From the NCBI RefSeq assembly GCF_006345805.1, contig NC_042999.1:110918001-110982000 (forward strand): a stretch of DNA of 64,000 bases, given 5' to 3'. Below are positions 51,810 through 64,000 of the stretch, piece after piece. Under the pieces are notes generated by a model. The model saw only the letters and a program-made list of their open reading frames with translations. It had not been told where the DNA came from and did no database searches. Each line of letters opens with the position of its first letter. Position 1 is the first letter of the stretch. The DNA is from Octopus sinensis (taxonomy: Eukaryota). The translations under genes were made by a program, and so were the position numbers.

Positions 51810-53157
51810 AACACATACACACATAAAGAGAAGGGGCTGAGCTATCAACTGATCACCACCCAGTTGTCTGCATCCTGAGAGTATCTACAGCAGGGAGAAT
51901 TCACAAAGTCCAGGGTGAGGTTCTGGTGGCTGATGGGATCAGAAACAGCACCAGCAGCATGTACATGAATGAATATGTAAATCTAATTAACAAGATATAT
52001 CTACAGACTTAGTACTAGTTAGAAAGCAGACAGACGTACCCCAGCAAGGAATTGATATATAGACAGAACGCAAAGTTCCCCCCTCTCTCTCTCACACTTT
52101 TTCTCACTCATTCTCTCTCTCTCACTCACTCAGAAAATGCATTCAAAGCATGTAATTGATAGAGACACTCTATTTTTCTTTCAGTTAGTATAATACATAT
52201 TTCAGTTGAACGAGATACTTATCTACTGTATTTCTGTTCTTCCTGGTTACTGACTATATTTCTGATTTAATTTTTTTTTATATCTGTAACATTTTCCATT
52301 TATACATGTATTTTAAGGAACATCAATTTTACAAACACAGGAATTACACTAATTGCTTTCAAAATGCGTTTGTACACACAAAGCCACCTTGAAAAAATTT
52401 ATTTTAACTCAAATCTTTCTTTATGTTGTAACTGGAATTTGTTGTTTTCTCTCAGTGAATTATTGTCTTTCAAACCTTAAGTCTATGAACACTTGGAAGT
52501 AAACATATGCTGTTTAACTACATTGATTTAATGCAACACTTAGGCTTGCAGCAGGAATATTCGGCAATCATTCGATATCACGATTCACTAGAATATTGCC
52601 CATGTGATCAACAAAATTTAACCATTCTTGACTTCACGTCAAATAGGCTCCAGCAACGTGTCTTTCTTCTGGCTCACTTCCTTCTGAGCCTATTGACCAG
52701 TGTAAAAGTTGACTCACTGTCACAACTAGACAGAAAGGTTTGAATGCAGCAGAGAGGTCATTGACAGATATTGTCGGAATTGACCAACAAAGACGGCAGA
52801 CAGCAGCTGACAACAGTCGGAAGACAAATGACCAATAATGAAAATTCTCTTGTTATTTTGTCGTTCGTAGCAACAATATTCATTTTTTATGTACAAAAGG
52901 AATAAATTGTTGTTTATCAAAATCTCAACAGGCCTCAGTATTCTTTTCAATACAGTTCATTAATTGTTTACCTTCTGGAATTACACAAGAATAAAAAAAA
53001 CACTTTTATATATATTTTACTGTTGTTGGCCCTCACATCTGTTTTCTTTTTTACATCGATGGTCCTAACATGAAGACTACATTTTTCATCATGCTGGAAA
53101 CGTCAACAACAGTAGAGAATATACTTATTTACAAAGCAGACTAATTCTGACTAAATA

Positions 53158-54439
53158 CGAGGGGCGTTCAATAAGTAATGCCCCTGACCCACTTCCCATA
53201 GCAGTAGAGCAACGAAACTTGGCATAGGTATTAGTCTTTTTCAGCATAGGAACAATCCAGAGTTACGCATTTCTCCCATCGTTTGATGCAGCTCTGGAGA
53301 CCGTTTTCGTAGAAGAACCCAGCTTGGTCCTCCAACCACGACGTGACTTCAGAAATCAAGGCTGCATCATCTGGGAAACGCTTTCCTTTCAAAAACAACT
53401 TCATGGCTGGGAAGAGGTGAAAATCAGAGGGTGCAAGGTCAGGAGAGTAGGGGGATGGGGGAAGAGTTCATAGCCGCACGCCTGTCCTTCTGATCTGGCG
53501 ACACGCGAGTTGTGGACCGGAGCGTTGTCCTGCAGGAGGAGGATACCTTTGCTGATCTTGCCCCGCCTCTAGCTTCTCTTAATTTCCTCACAAGTGAAGC
53601 ATGATAGGCTCCTGTAATTGTGGTACCCTTTGCCAGGAAATCTGTCATCACTACTCCGTCCTGGTCCCAGAAGACTGTGAGCATGACCTTGCCAGCGGAG
53701 GGCTGCACCCTAGCCTTCTTTGGAGGAGGTGAGTCATGGTGCTTCCACTGCATTGACTGGGCTTTGGTCTCTGGATCATAGTGATGGACCCAGGTCTCAT
53801 CCTGTGTAATCAGCCTTTTGAAAAATTTTGACTCATCTTCTTGGCACATCCCTAAATTCATCCTCGAGCACTCAACGCGTTTTTGCTTCTGGAAAAGTGT
53901 GAGCAACCTGGGAATTCATCTAGCAGACACCTTTTGCATATGCAAATGGTCATGAATGATAGTTTCCACAGACCCGGTACTAATCTTGACCTCATGGGCT
54001 ATTTGGCGAATAGTTATGCGTCGATCGTCCAAAATGGCAGCCTCAACTTGACGGACAGATGCCTCATCAATGACAGAAGAGGTGCGACCAGATCTGGGAG
54101 CTGTTTCCACAGAGTTCCGACCATGTTTGAATTCACGATTCCAGCGTTTTACAAGGTCATATGATGGGGAATCATCACCATAAGTTACTTTCATTTCATC
54201 AAAAGTCTCCTGTGGTGTGCGTCATTTCAAATACAAAAACCGGATCACTGCTCGACACTCAACAGGCTCTATTTTTCACTTGACTCATTTCAAACACCTG
54301 TAAATAAGATACCACAATTAGTTCGGAGCTGTAATTTGCTACGTAATCTATAGAAATATAAATAATTGAACATGCAAACTTTCAGCTAGATCAAACAACG
54401 GCAAGTGGGTCAGAGGCATTACTTATTGAACGCCCCTCG
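53158..54439 (-). mobile_element. Near-full-length mariner (1282 bp, DD34D) with transposase pseudogene
   Basis: 37-bp TIRs (cgaggggcgttcaataagtaatgccyctgacccactt, one mismatch); TA at 53156-57 and 54440-41. Motifs SAR*IPRLL, ITQDETWVHHYDPETK, LLQDNAPVH, YSPDLAPSDFHLFP; stop at 53231; two premature stops plus frameshifts. Confidence 0.97.
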
Positions 54440-55029
54440 TAAGGGGCGTTTGGTATTCCTCCTGTTACTTTATGGTTTTCCTCTTCCATAACACATATAT
54501 GAGGAACTTACTATCAAAACCGTTATAAGTGCATATTAGGTCGATTCATGATAACCATTAAAACACAATCTACAAGCTGTTGGCTTCATTCATGTGAAAT
54601 TTTTTCCATCAAACTCGGATAGATACCATAGAGACAGTAGGCAAATTTTAGTCTGCCAATCAAATTCAGATATATTCAAGTTGTTGTTTTAAACAATTGC
54701 TCAAAAATCATTCCGATACATATATCTGAAAGTAAGCTTTTCGTATTTTAAATAATATTCAATACGAATGCCAGCATGTAATCTTACTCTAACGACAGTG
54801 GCAGCACACTTTGATACTGCTAGTATGTTTTTATTGGAAATGCACATGCATTGGATCCTGAAGCACCAATGTCTGGGTACATATATGTTTATGTATACAC
54901 CCACACACCCACATCTATATAATACACAGACATACACACATATTATTTCACTTAGGCATAATGATACTAATAACTTGGTGTTAGAACTCAATATACATAT
55001 ACTTCAGAATAAAGCGTCAGTCGAGTACA

Positions 55030-55200
55030 GAGCAGTGATAAGAAATTAAATAAATGACAGAGGAACATTAGGTTACAGCTGTTTCTGCAACAAGATGCAA
55101 TGTACTCAGAGTTGAGTGCTTGTGTATCACCCTATAGCCTCATCAGAGCTTCAAAAACGAAGTGCAATTTTATTTGGGAAAGCATTTGCATTTTTATATA
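55030..55200 (-). mobile_element. Penelope-like terminal-repeat remnant with degenerate hammerhead core
   Basis: CTGATGA...GAAACAGCTGTA on the minus strand at 55070-55150. Confidence 0.45.
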
Positions 55201-55644
55201 TGTATAGAAAGCATTGCCATTAAAAAAAGCATAAACATATGTATGAAATGAGAGAAGACGTTTGGAGGGCAGAAACCCTTCCCAGAATAAGTAGATTTAA
55301 ATAAAATTTTATGTATTTATACATATATGTATAAAGATGGGTATATGAAGAACTCCTTTGTGAATAACTAAAAAACGAAGTAAGTAAAAATGCAACTGGG
55401 AACAGAGATGGAAAGAAAATGCCAGAATCCCCCAAAACGGGAGAGAAACAGATAAAGAATGCATTTATGAAAGTCATAAAAAGTTTTCTACATAAGGATC
55501 CTAGCAATACTGACAACAATTAATAGGCCAAAGAAAGAATAGACCAAGGAGACATGACACAGATAACAACAAGTGTGTGTGCGTGTTTGTGTGTGCATGC
55601 ACTCTTGTCATTCATTTAATTTCTCATATATATATGTATATATA

Positions 55645-55754
<110 letters not shown>

Positions 55755-56756
55755 CTAAATTACATATATAATATAGCCACGAAACACTGTCGTTATCCTA
55801 CCAAATATATACATTATATTTATTATTTTGCACTTTATTTAATCATTGGTATATGTTTTAACTTATATTTAATCTTTCTATAATATGTAATTTTTCTAAA
55901 TGGTATAATTTAATTTTTCATTATTGAATTGATAAAAGGTGTTTTTTTTCCTAATTTTTCTAATTTTGTGAAATTTGATTTAGTATTTTTCCCTGTAAGT
56001 TTGGAATAATATTCCCTCATATTATTATCATCATTATATATATATATATATATATATACATAGTTTCGATTGTTTTGACAAAGATCCTATTTTAGCATGC
56101 TATATATGTCTCAGAATATATTTAGTACCGTTATGCTGATTTAGCTTTTATTTTTATTTTTTACAAGTTCTTTATTAATCCTTAATACTTGAAATATTTC
56201 TTGCTATTTCAAATTTATTTCAACGTAAATTTGATCATTCACTTCATATAAATTAATCTTAAGTTATTTTGTTAACTATGTTATATAATTTGAGTTCTTT
56301 CTATAAAATTATTTATAACGTAAGCAGATTTTGTGTGAAATAAGAAACGTCTTGCATTTCTACTAATATATTTCTGTTGTTCCTATGTCATATATGCATT
56401 CAGCTCGACTGTCTGCTTGTCTGTCTGTCCCCAGTCCCTGATGATGATTAAAATAATATGTTTGGCTTTGCCAGCATGTTTCTGTCTGAAACGTATGTGT
56501 TGCATGTGTGATACATTAATGCCTGGTTGCATGCATTTCGATATGTGCAATGAAACCCCTGTCTTCGTGTACTGAATAGATTTAAGTACGAGATGCATTA
56601 TGCTAACATAAACACATATAGATACATACACACATATATGTCCGTACGTGATTGTGTGTGTGTGTATGTGCGTGAATGTGTGTGTGCATGTGTGTGTACG
56701 TGTGAATATACATATGTATCTCTGCGTGTGTGAATTTGTGTTTATTTATGCATATA

Positions 56757-56860
<104 letters not shown>

Positions 56861-57968
56861 ATACATATATATATATATGTATATATATAGATATATATAT
56901 ATATATATTATATAACTGTGTGTGTATAGATGTACATGCATATACACACACATATATACATAAATATACGTGCGTGCACACACATATATGTGTGTGTGCC
57001 TCTCTTCTCTCTCTCTCTCTCTGTATGTGTGTGTGTGTGTGTGACATGTATATGAGACACACATCATTTCAGTCACATGCATAGATTCATTCACATAGAA
57101 ACAGATGCACACTTATAATATATATATACACACACTCACATTTTTAAGCTAATATGCATGCCTTCTAGAATTTTGTTGTAATTAAGTTATTGAAAAGCTC
57201 ATATTATTGTAATAAAAAGCATGAACGAAAAAAACATATTAAATAAAAACATGAAAGGGATATTGGATGAAGAAGAAGAAAATTGTAAAATGGTAAGGAA
57301 AATTGAATTTTTCTTTTAATTTTATCAACGTGGAATCTGAAAATACATCACTACAGTCAGAAATCTATTCATCACAGTAATTTTGAAACATCTATAAAGC
57401 TGTAAAGAGCAAATTGTGATAATTCTAACATAGATTCCATATGATTAAATATAGTAGAGGTTGCTTGCACGTATAAAGGTATAATTTAATTCTTTCTCTG
57501 CTTTTAGTCTTTGGATTGCAATCATATTGGTCACTATCAAGGATTTTAGTTGATTATTGATTCCAATATATTTGCATAGTACAAATTTTATCAACTGGTA
57601 TAAAAACAGATAACCAATGCTGATTGAAATGCTACATGTTATTTCCCTTAAAGGCAGTGATATTTTGGCACTTTGTCTATAAATCCCCTCTTAGCTCTGT
57701 CTGACTAGATCCCTGTGCGTCAATCATTATATAATACATATATAAGTGATACAATAGTATCATTACACTCTTCCATGATGTCTCTGCTGCTGAAGAGAAG
57801 ATAATCACTCTGAAATGCATGCATCTAACAGCCTGGTTAGAGAGTGCCGTAAACAGTGCATTTACACCTATCTGTTTATAGCTGAAATTTTCTCCATGAC
57901 AAAATGCAGTGAATGGCTTTCTTGTGGGTTCGAATATGCCTCAAGCTTATTCAAACTGGTATCAAATT

Positions 57969-58004
<36 letters not shown>

Positions 58005-58335
58005 ATCTTTTACTTGTTTCAGTCATGAGACACTGGCCATGCTGGAGCATTGCCTTAAAAGATTTTAATAGAATGAATCGACCTCGGTACTTTTCTTAAG
58101 ACCTAGTACTTCTTTTTAAGTTGGTTACTCTTTCTATCGATCTTTTTAACGGAAACACTAAGTTATGGGGACGTAAACATACCAACACCAGTTGTCAATG
58201 ACTTCTTTCAGTTTCCGTTTACCAAATCCATTCACAATGCTATAGTAGAAGGCACATGTCCAAGGTGCCACACAGTGGGATTGAACCCGGTACTATGTGG
58301 TTGGGAGTCAAGCCTCTTATCACACAGGTACGTCT
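58005..58335 (-). mobile_element. SINE family A with internal deletion
   Basis: gtttcagtcatgagacactggccatgctggagc...tttcagtttccgtttaccaaatcc...gtgggattgaacccgg. Confidence 0.8.
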
Positions 58336-58350
58336 GTGCCTATTATATAC

Positions 58351-58447
<97 letters not shown>

Positions 58448-59959
58448 TATTATTCACTCTTTCCTATATACCAGAGATCACAGATTTCGTCTAGCCATCT
58501 GGCTGCCAGCACATGTCATTGTCATGTCCCAGAGGGCTGAAATTTATCTGGCGTTCTTTCAAGCCGTTGCTTGGACGATTTTCCGTCCCCTTCCGATGTA
58601 TTTTGTCTGATTAACACAACGCATCTATAAGAGTTTTTATCTCGGACGAAAATCACGGTATCTTGTCTGTCAACGGTGTATATACGTTAACTATGATACA
58701 TAGATTACTTGTGGACCAGTAGACAGTTATAAAACGGTACTCAGTTGCCGATCGAATCCCAAATATAACATAGAGTTCAGTGCTTGGAATCTCGCTTTTT
58801 TCTGTTCACGGAGAGAATGTACAAAAAGACTAATGTTTACAACTCTCCATTATATTTAATCCAGTTCAATTTACTCATTAAGTAAGGGCTGAAATCAATA
58901 GATTTATTTTATATTATGTACCATCAAAACAAAAAACTGTAAATATATTAGTAATTGTGTGTGTGTATGTGTGTTTATACATACACACATACATACACAC
59001 ACCGCGCACACATACATGCACACACATACGCATCCATATATCTGCAAGCATGTATGTATGCATACCTCGCATTTGTTTCATTTTACAGCAGTAATAATTA
59101 AGTATTAGCTATTGACAATAGCAATAAGCGTAGCTTCGGCTTCTATACCTTGTAAACCAGTGAGATTAACGTTCCTTTAAGGAACAATGCCCTAGGCTAC
59201 AATAGATATTTCAAATTAAATAAAATAACATTTAAAAATAATTTTACTTTTAATTATAAACTAGAATAAAGAGTTTGAAATGAATATTTCGATTTTGGTT
59301 CTGAATTTTTAAAATTTTCTTCGTGTGTATAATTACTCGATCAGTTTTCTTTTTGTTCGGTTTAGAAATGGGTTACAACTTTTTCCTTCACATGCTCGCA
59401 AGGCTGAGATAGATGTATAAAATTTGATCGAATATCTTGCTTTTTGAACAAAACAACAAATGAAGGTAGATGTACTTTCTCTTCACTCCGTTGAGATATC
59501 GACGTGGATATTACGTATCTTCCAGCTGCGCTTCTCGGTATCTATAGGTTAATATATCACTATAAATATATACACACATATATACCTGTATACACTCAAG
59601 TACACATACACATCCCACACACACATATAGACGTATATCTATATTTGTGTGTGTGCTCAATGCACTTCTGTTAAAACTTGTTGAGTTCTTTATTGGTGTA
59701 GAAATTTGACTGCGACTCAGAGAAAATGGATACTGCGACCTGTTGAATAAGCCTGTCAAGAATAATTCTGCTTTCTATATTTCCTACGCTGCAAGAAGAA
59801 AATGCACCCAGACACCACATATATTTGTTGTTATTTCACTAACCTGTGGTTCATTAATTCATGATGCATTATAGGCATCTCTGCGAAAAGTTGTTCGTCC
59901 AAATAAATTCTGAAACAAGTTTTCTTGTAATTGCTATATCTTGTAATTGCTATAGATTG

Positions 59960-61250
59960 CTCAGATCCATTTCAATCAATGCAGGTGTAAAAATGAATAA
60001 TATGATTGCACCTGCTTTATTTCCCATACATTTCATGGTGGCTTTAATAAACGCTTTAAAAAGCAGCTTTGACTGTATTTATATATGCTACCATACTTCT
60101 GGTAAGTCTTCCAGCTTCAACTTCAAACTGCTTCATTCTCAATTACACGCTTCTTTCTATTATAGCCATAAATCCTGAAATTTTGGAGGAAGATGTTGGT
60201 CGATTACATCGACCACAGTATTTTCAATTGGTACTAATTTTGTCAACCCTGAAAGGACAAAAAGCAGACCCAATCTCTTCTTTTCTACTCTATGCACAAG
60301 GCCCGAAATTTTGGGAGCGGAGGGGGATGTCGATTAGATCGACCCCCGTGCGCAAAGGGTACTTAATTTATCGACCCCGAAAAGATGAAAGGCAAAGTCG
60401 ACCTCGGCGGAATTTGAACTCAGAAAATAAAGATAAACAAAATACCTATTTCTTTACTACCCACAAGGGGCTAAACACAGAGGGGACAAACAAGGACAGA
60501 CACACAGATTAAGTCGATTATATCGACCCAGTGCGTAACTGGTACTTAATTTATCGACCCCGAAAAGATGAAAGCCAAAGTCGACCTCGGCAGAATTTGA
60601 ACTCAGAACGTAGGGGCAGACGAAATACGGCTACGCATTTCGCCCAGCGTGCTAACGTTTCTGCCAGCTCGCCGACTTAAAATAAGTCCAATCTCGATGG
60701 AATATGTACCCAGAACTTAAAGCTAGAAGAAATGCCGTTAACATTTTGTCCAGGGTAGTAACGATTTTGTTAGATGACTTTAATTACGTAATTTTTAGCT
60801 CTGATTAGAAGCCTTTTGCTCAGTAATAACTGTGATTTCATTGCAGACAGTGAAAATAACCTTGAAGGTCATATGGCAAAATTTTATCGTCAAGTAACAC
60901 GTTGGAGCTCTGTTCAAGAAAGCTTTGTATGGCTCCTAAAATAACACCAATTGGTAAAACTAAACAACATGCTTCTTCGAGTATCTTGGTAATGTATTAA
61001 ACAGAAAAGCAACTTCTGATGTCAAAATTGAAAGCAGAATTCAGAAGTCATGGTTCTGTTTTCGAAATTACCATATTCGCTACATTCTGAACTTTATATA
61101 TGTCTAATTATTTTCAAAACGTGTATTTTGTCCCTTTGTGAGTATTGCTATGAAAAATGAACATTATATTCAAAGCAAGTAAAACAACTTGAACGTTTTC
61201 AAGCATCAAAAGCGTTTTCGATAAAATTTGCATATATCTTAGGGAAATTA
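59960..61250 (+). mobile_element. RTE-type LINE reverse-transcriptase remnant split by nested SINE-B copies
   Basis: SINAGVKMNNMIAPALF...CIYICYHTSGKSSSFNFKLL (cf. GVKQGCVLAPTLF...YIRYR.DG..FNLRRL), then CDFIADSE and FEYLGNVLNRKATSDVKIESRIQK after the insertion. Confidence 0.7.
60150..60780 (-). mobile_element. Three nested SINE family B copies
   Basis: Old copy at 60150-60270 plus 60695-60780; headless short-tail copy at ~60280-60430; full long-tail copy at ~60446-60678. Confidence 0.85.
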
Positions 61251-62517
61251 AGTGGGTTATGTTGAAAACTTGAGGTTAGCAAATGTATGCAAAGTAGCTC
61301 TTGGAACATAACTCATATGGAAGATGAAGCAATTCCAAAGCGTTAATTCTATGGAGACTGTCTTAAATCTGACCAGAAAAATGCAGTATTCATGTGGAAA
61401 GATGAGAAATAATTGCAGGAGATAGGCTGTCATGGAGCAAAGAACATAACCAAAGTGTCCGTGAATTTTGAAGGGAACCACATTAAACACACTATTTAAA
61501 CGAAACACAAAGAAAAGGAAATCTAACATATATATATATATATATATATATAAATATATCAATAAACCCTTCAAATTTTCAACTTGTAATCGATCTTCTA
61601 TTTAAGGCTGCTCTTGTTAGCCACTAAAAGATACATGAACCAAAGCAGTAATTGAACATTTTGGACATAGTGATTAGCACTTTACCCTTTGTAATTATTA
61701 TCCGTATTTGGTATCTGCACTGATGCAACAGTAATTCCGTATCTACCACCAGGCAATGTGTATTGTATTATAATATATCATGTTGTGGATATGTTCTACA
61801 TCTACGATGCTCGAGATGTTCTATCTGTACCTGGAATATGATGCTTTAACGATAAAGTGTTATGTAATTCATATCAATATCACCAAAGAGAAAGGGGGGA
61901 GAGCACATGTAATGCGGCGCATCACTATGAAAAGAAAAATATTAAAACTGCATAAATTAAACTATGTAGTGTGTATCTGGCAGAGCATTTCCGGTATTCG
62001 TTTTGATATGTAGATTTGCTTTTGATACAACTCTTGGCATTCCCGTGCTTTCTTCCCTCCGAAGCCAGTCCATGACACAATACTACCCAAAAGCACGTCA
62101 GAGTTCACTTCTTTGTCTTTTCACTGCTTTAGTTTCGTTCCACAGCGATTACTACACAATGACATAATAGTATTTAACATTTCTAATTTCTTAGAACAGA
62201 ATTGACATCGCTACCCAAGTCTTTGTCAACCCCACGCTTTCATTTTCTTCCTCACTTGTATGACTTCTTCTTTTCTGTTGACTCAAGTACTGTGTGCACA
62301 GCGTTGCTAGTAGATGGTCTGTCACTTATACCGGTGGTCAAATAATTCGATCTTTCTCGTATGCTTTCGTTCATCTATCTGTTATTTTTGTACGGCAAAC
62401 ATCAAGCAGATCGAGAAAATTTCATAGTAAAAAGAAAGAGAAGAGTTGAAATACACTATTTATATTTTACCCCGGAACCAATCACATTTACCTGGTCATT
62501 AATAGCAATCGGCAAAC

Positions 62518-62735
62518 AAGGCGGTGAGCTGGCAGATACGTTAGCACGCCGGACGAAATGCTTAGCGGTATTTCGCCCGTCTCTACGTTCTGAGGTCAAA
62601 TTCCGCCGAGGTCGACTTTGCCGTTCATCCTTTCGGGGTTGATAAAATAAGTACCAGTTGCGAACTGGGGTTGATCTAATCGACTGGCCCCGTCCCCCAA
62701 AATTTCGGGCCTTGTGCCTAGAGTAGAAACGAATA
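62518..62735 (+). mobile_element. SINE family B, full length, short tail (variant i), young
   Basis: aaggcggtgagctggcagatacgttagcacgccgg...aaatttcgggccttgtgcctagagtagaaac. Confidence 0.92.
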
Positions 62736-63165
62736 ACAAAAGGCAAATACATCTGTGTATAGGTACACATTTTTGTTTTTGTTCCACTAACGAGAGAATA
62801 ATTATATGGAAAGGTGCTTCGCATTGTCCTTAATTTCATATACTTTACATTCTACCTGATGAAATTTTAATATTAAACAGCTTTGATACGTACTGACTGC
62901 TCTTTTCATTAGTGCTAGAAAAAGAGAGTACACCCTTAATACTCATTAGGTTATTTTTGTATTATCTGAAATAGAATACCCACATATCGATTAATCCCCC
63001 AAAATTGAATATTGACTTTTATCAGGTACATTGTATATTTATAGATTAAGACCCCAAAGTACGATATGTATATGCATATAACGCTGTAGGGTTACACCTG
63101 ATTGATTTGGAAATTTGTTTTCCCAAATTATATATATATATAAATATATATATGTATCTATGTAT

Positions 63166-63202
<37 letters not shown>

Positions 63203-63207
63203 GCATA

Positions 63208-63309
<102 letters not shown>

Positions 63310-63812
63310 CAAACACATACTCATTCAGTTGAATTATTGAATTGTTGTATAACTTGGTTCGTGGAAGATGAAATCCTAAGCATAAGTTAAAATAAACAAA
63401 GTAAGCACAGTACATACACAAAACATGTGGAGCTTAGATCAATAAAGAGGTGAAAGAACATAGCAATTATAAACAAGCTGACACGACAATGATATAATTG
63501 ATTGACTGTCGATAGCAGCTATTTCAAATCTACTTCTAATAACTTTGGGAAAAACACGAACATCTTATCCACCCCTTTAAATGGTGGGAAATGGGTGGTG
63601 ATAATTTGAGGGTTCACGTCTTTCATAATAATGATAATTATTTTTATATTTGCCACAAGGGTAACAAAAATACAGAACATTGATTCTAATTATCAAAAAT
63701 GAATATCATGGGATGTACACATAAATGCACACAAACACAGGCACATACACATATATAGTATAAGTACAAAGGAGACATAACAAAATGCAAACCCTGATAC
63801 TATGCACATACA

Positions 63813-63843
<31 letters not shown>

Positions 63844-63859
63844 GTGACAGCATGTGTAT

Positions 63860-64000
63860 CGTTGGTGATTTTCTTTCTCCGTCCTCCCTTCCTTGGACCT
63901 TTCCTTTTTCTATGTTTCTGACGAAGAGCTCCGCTCGAAACATTAAATCCTCCTTTCTTTCCTTTCTTGAGCGTCCAATAACACAATACTTGTTCCACAT
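63860..64000 (+). mobile_element. Penelope-like terminal-repeat fragment with minimal hammerhead motif (runs off the window)
   Basis: gtttCTGACGAagagctccgctcGAAACattaaat at 63914-63948. Confidence 0.55.

Noticed and set aside
51830-52060. GC-richer segment with a signal-peptide-like minus-strand start (MYMLLVLFLIPSATRTSPW)
   Set aside because: Several frames on both strands are similarly plausible; no discriminating evidence.
52972-52974. 3-nt microexon or recursive splice site on the minus strand (ttccag|aag|gtaaac)
   Set aside because: Expected by chance in 64 kb of AT-rich DNA; no supporting gene context.
53231-54280. Active or domesticated mariner transposase
   Set aside because: Two in-frame stops (including the W of WVPRLL), frameshifts and a small deletion.
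60069-60512. 147-aa ORF (and similar ORFs at 62456-62839 and 45132-45329)
   Set aside because: Read through SINE-B sequence; the RPRKDERQSRPRRNL peptide recurs in each copy.

Overview
AT-rich, microsatellite-saturated animal genomic DNA. The SINE repertoire and simple-repeat density match my recollection of Octopus genomes; this is recognition, not a database match. No intact, nameable host gene can be read, and most listed ORFs are translations of (TA)n/(CA)n/(CAT)n repeats. Supported content: about 30 SINE copies of four families (labelled A-D here), five mariner (DD34D-type) remnants including one near-full-length 1282-bp copy with 37-bp TIRs and TA TSDs, one DD37D (maT) element, a piggyBac-type MITE, and CR1/L2-, RTE- and R4/Dong-like LINE fragments. 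Also present are Penelope-type repeats carrying minimal hammerhead-ribozyme motifs, and a ~1.8-kb retroelement that encodes only a decayed gag-like ORF1 yet ends in the same 3' tail as one SINE-B variant (best novelty candidate). A CpG-density step at ~40.3 kb, plus a few splice-site-bounded open frames on the minus strand, suggests the left 40 kb lies inside a methylated gene body. The exon calls are tentative.
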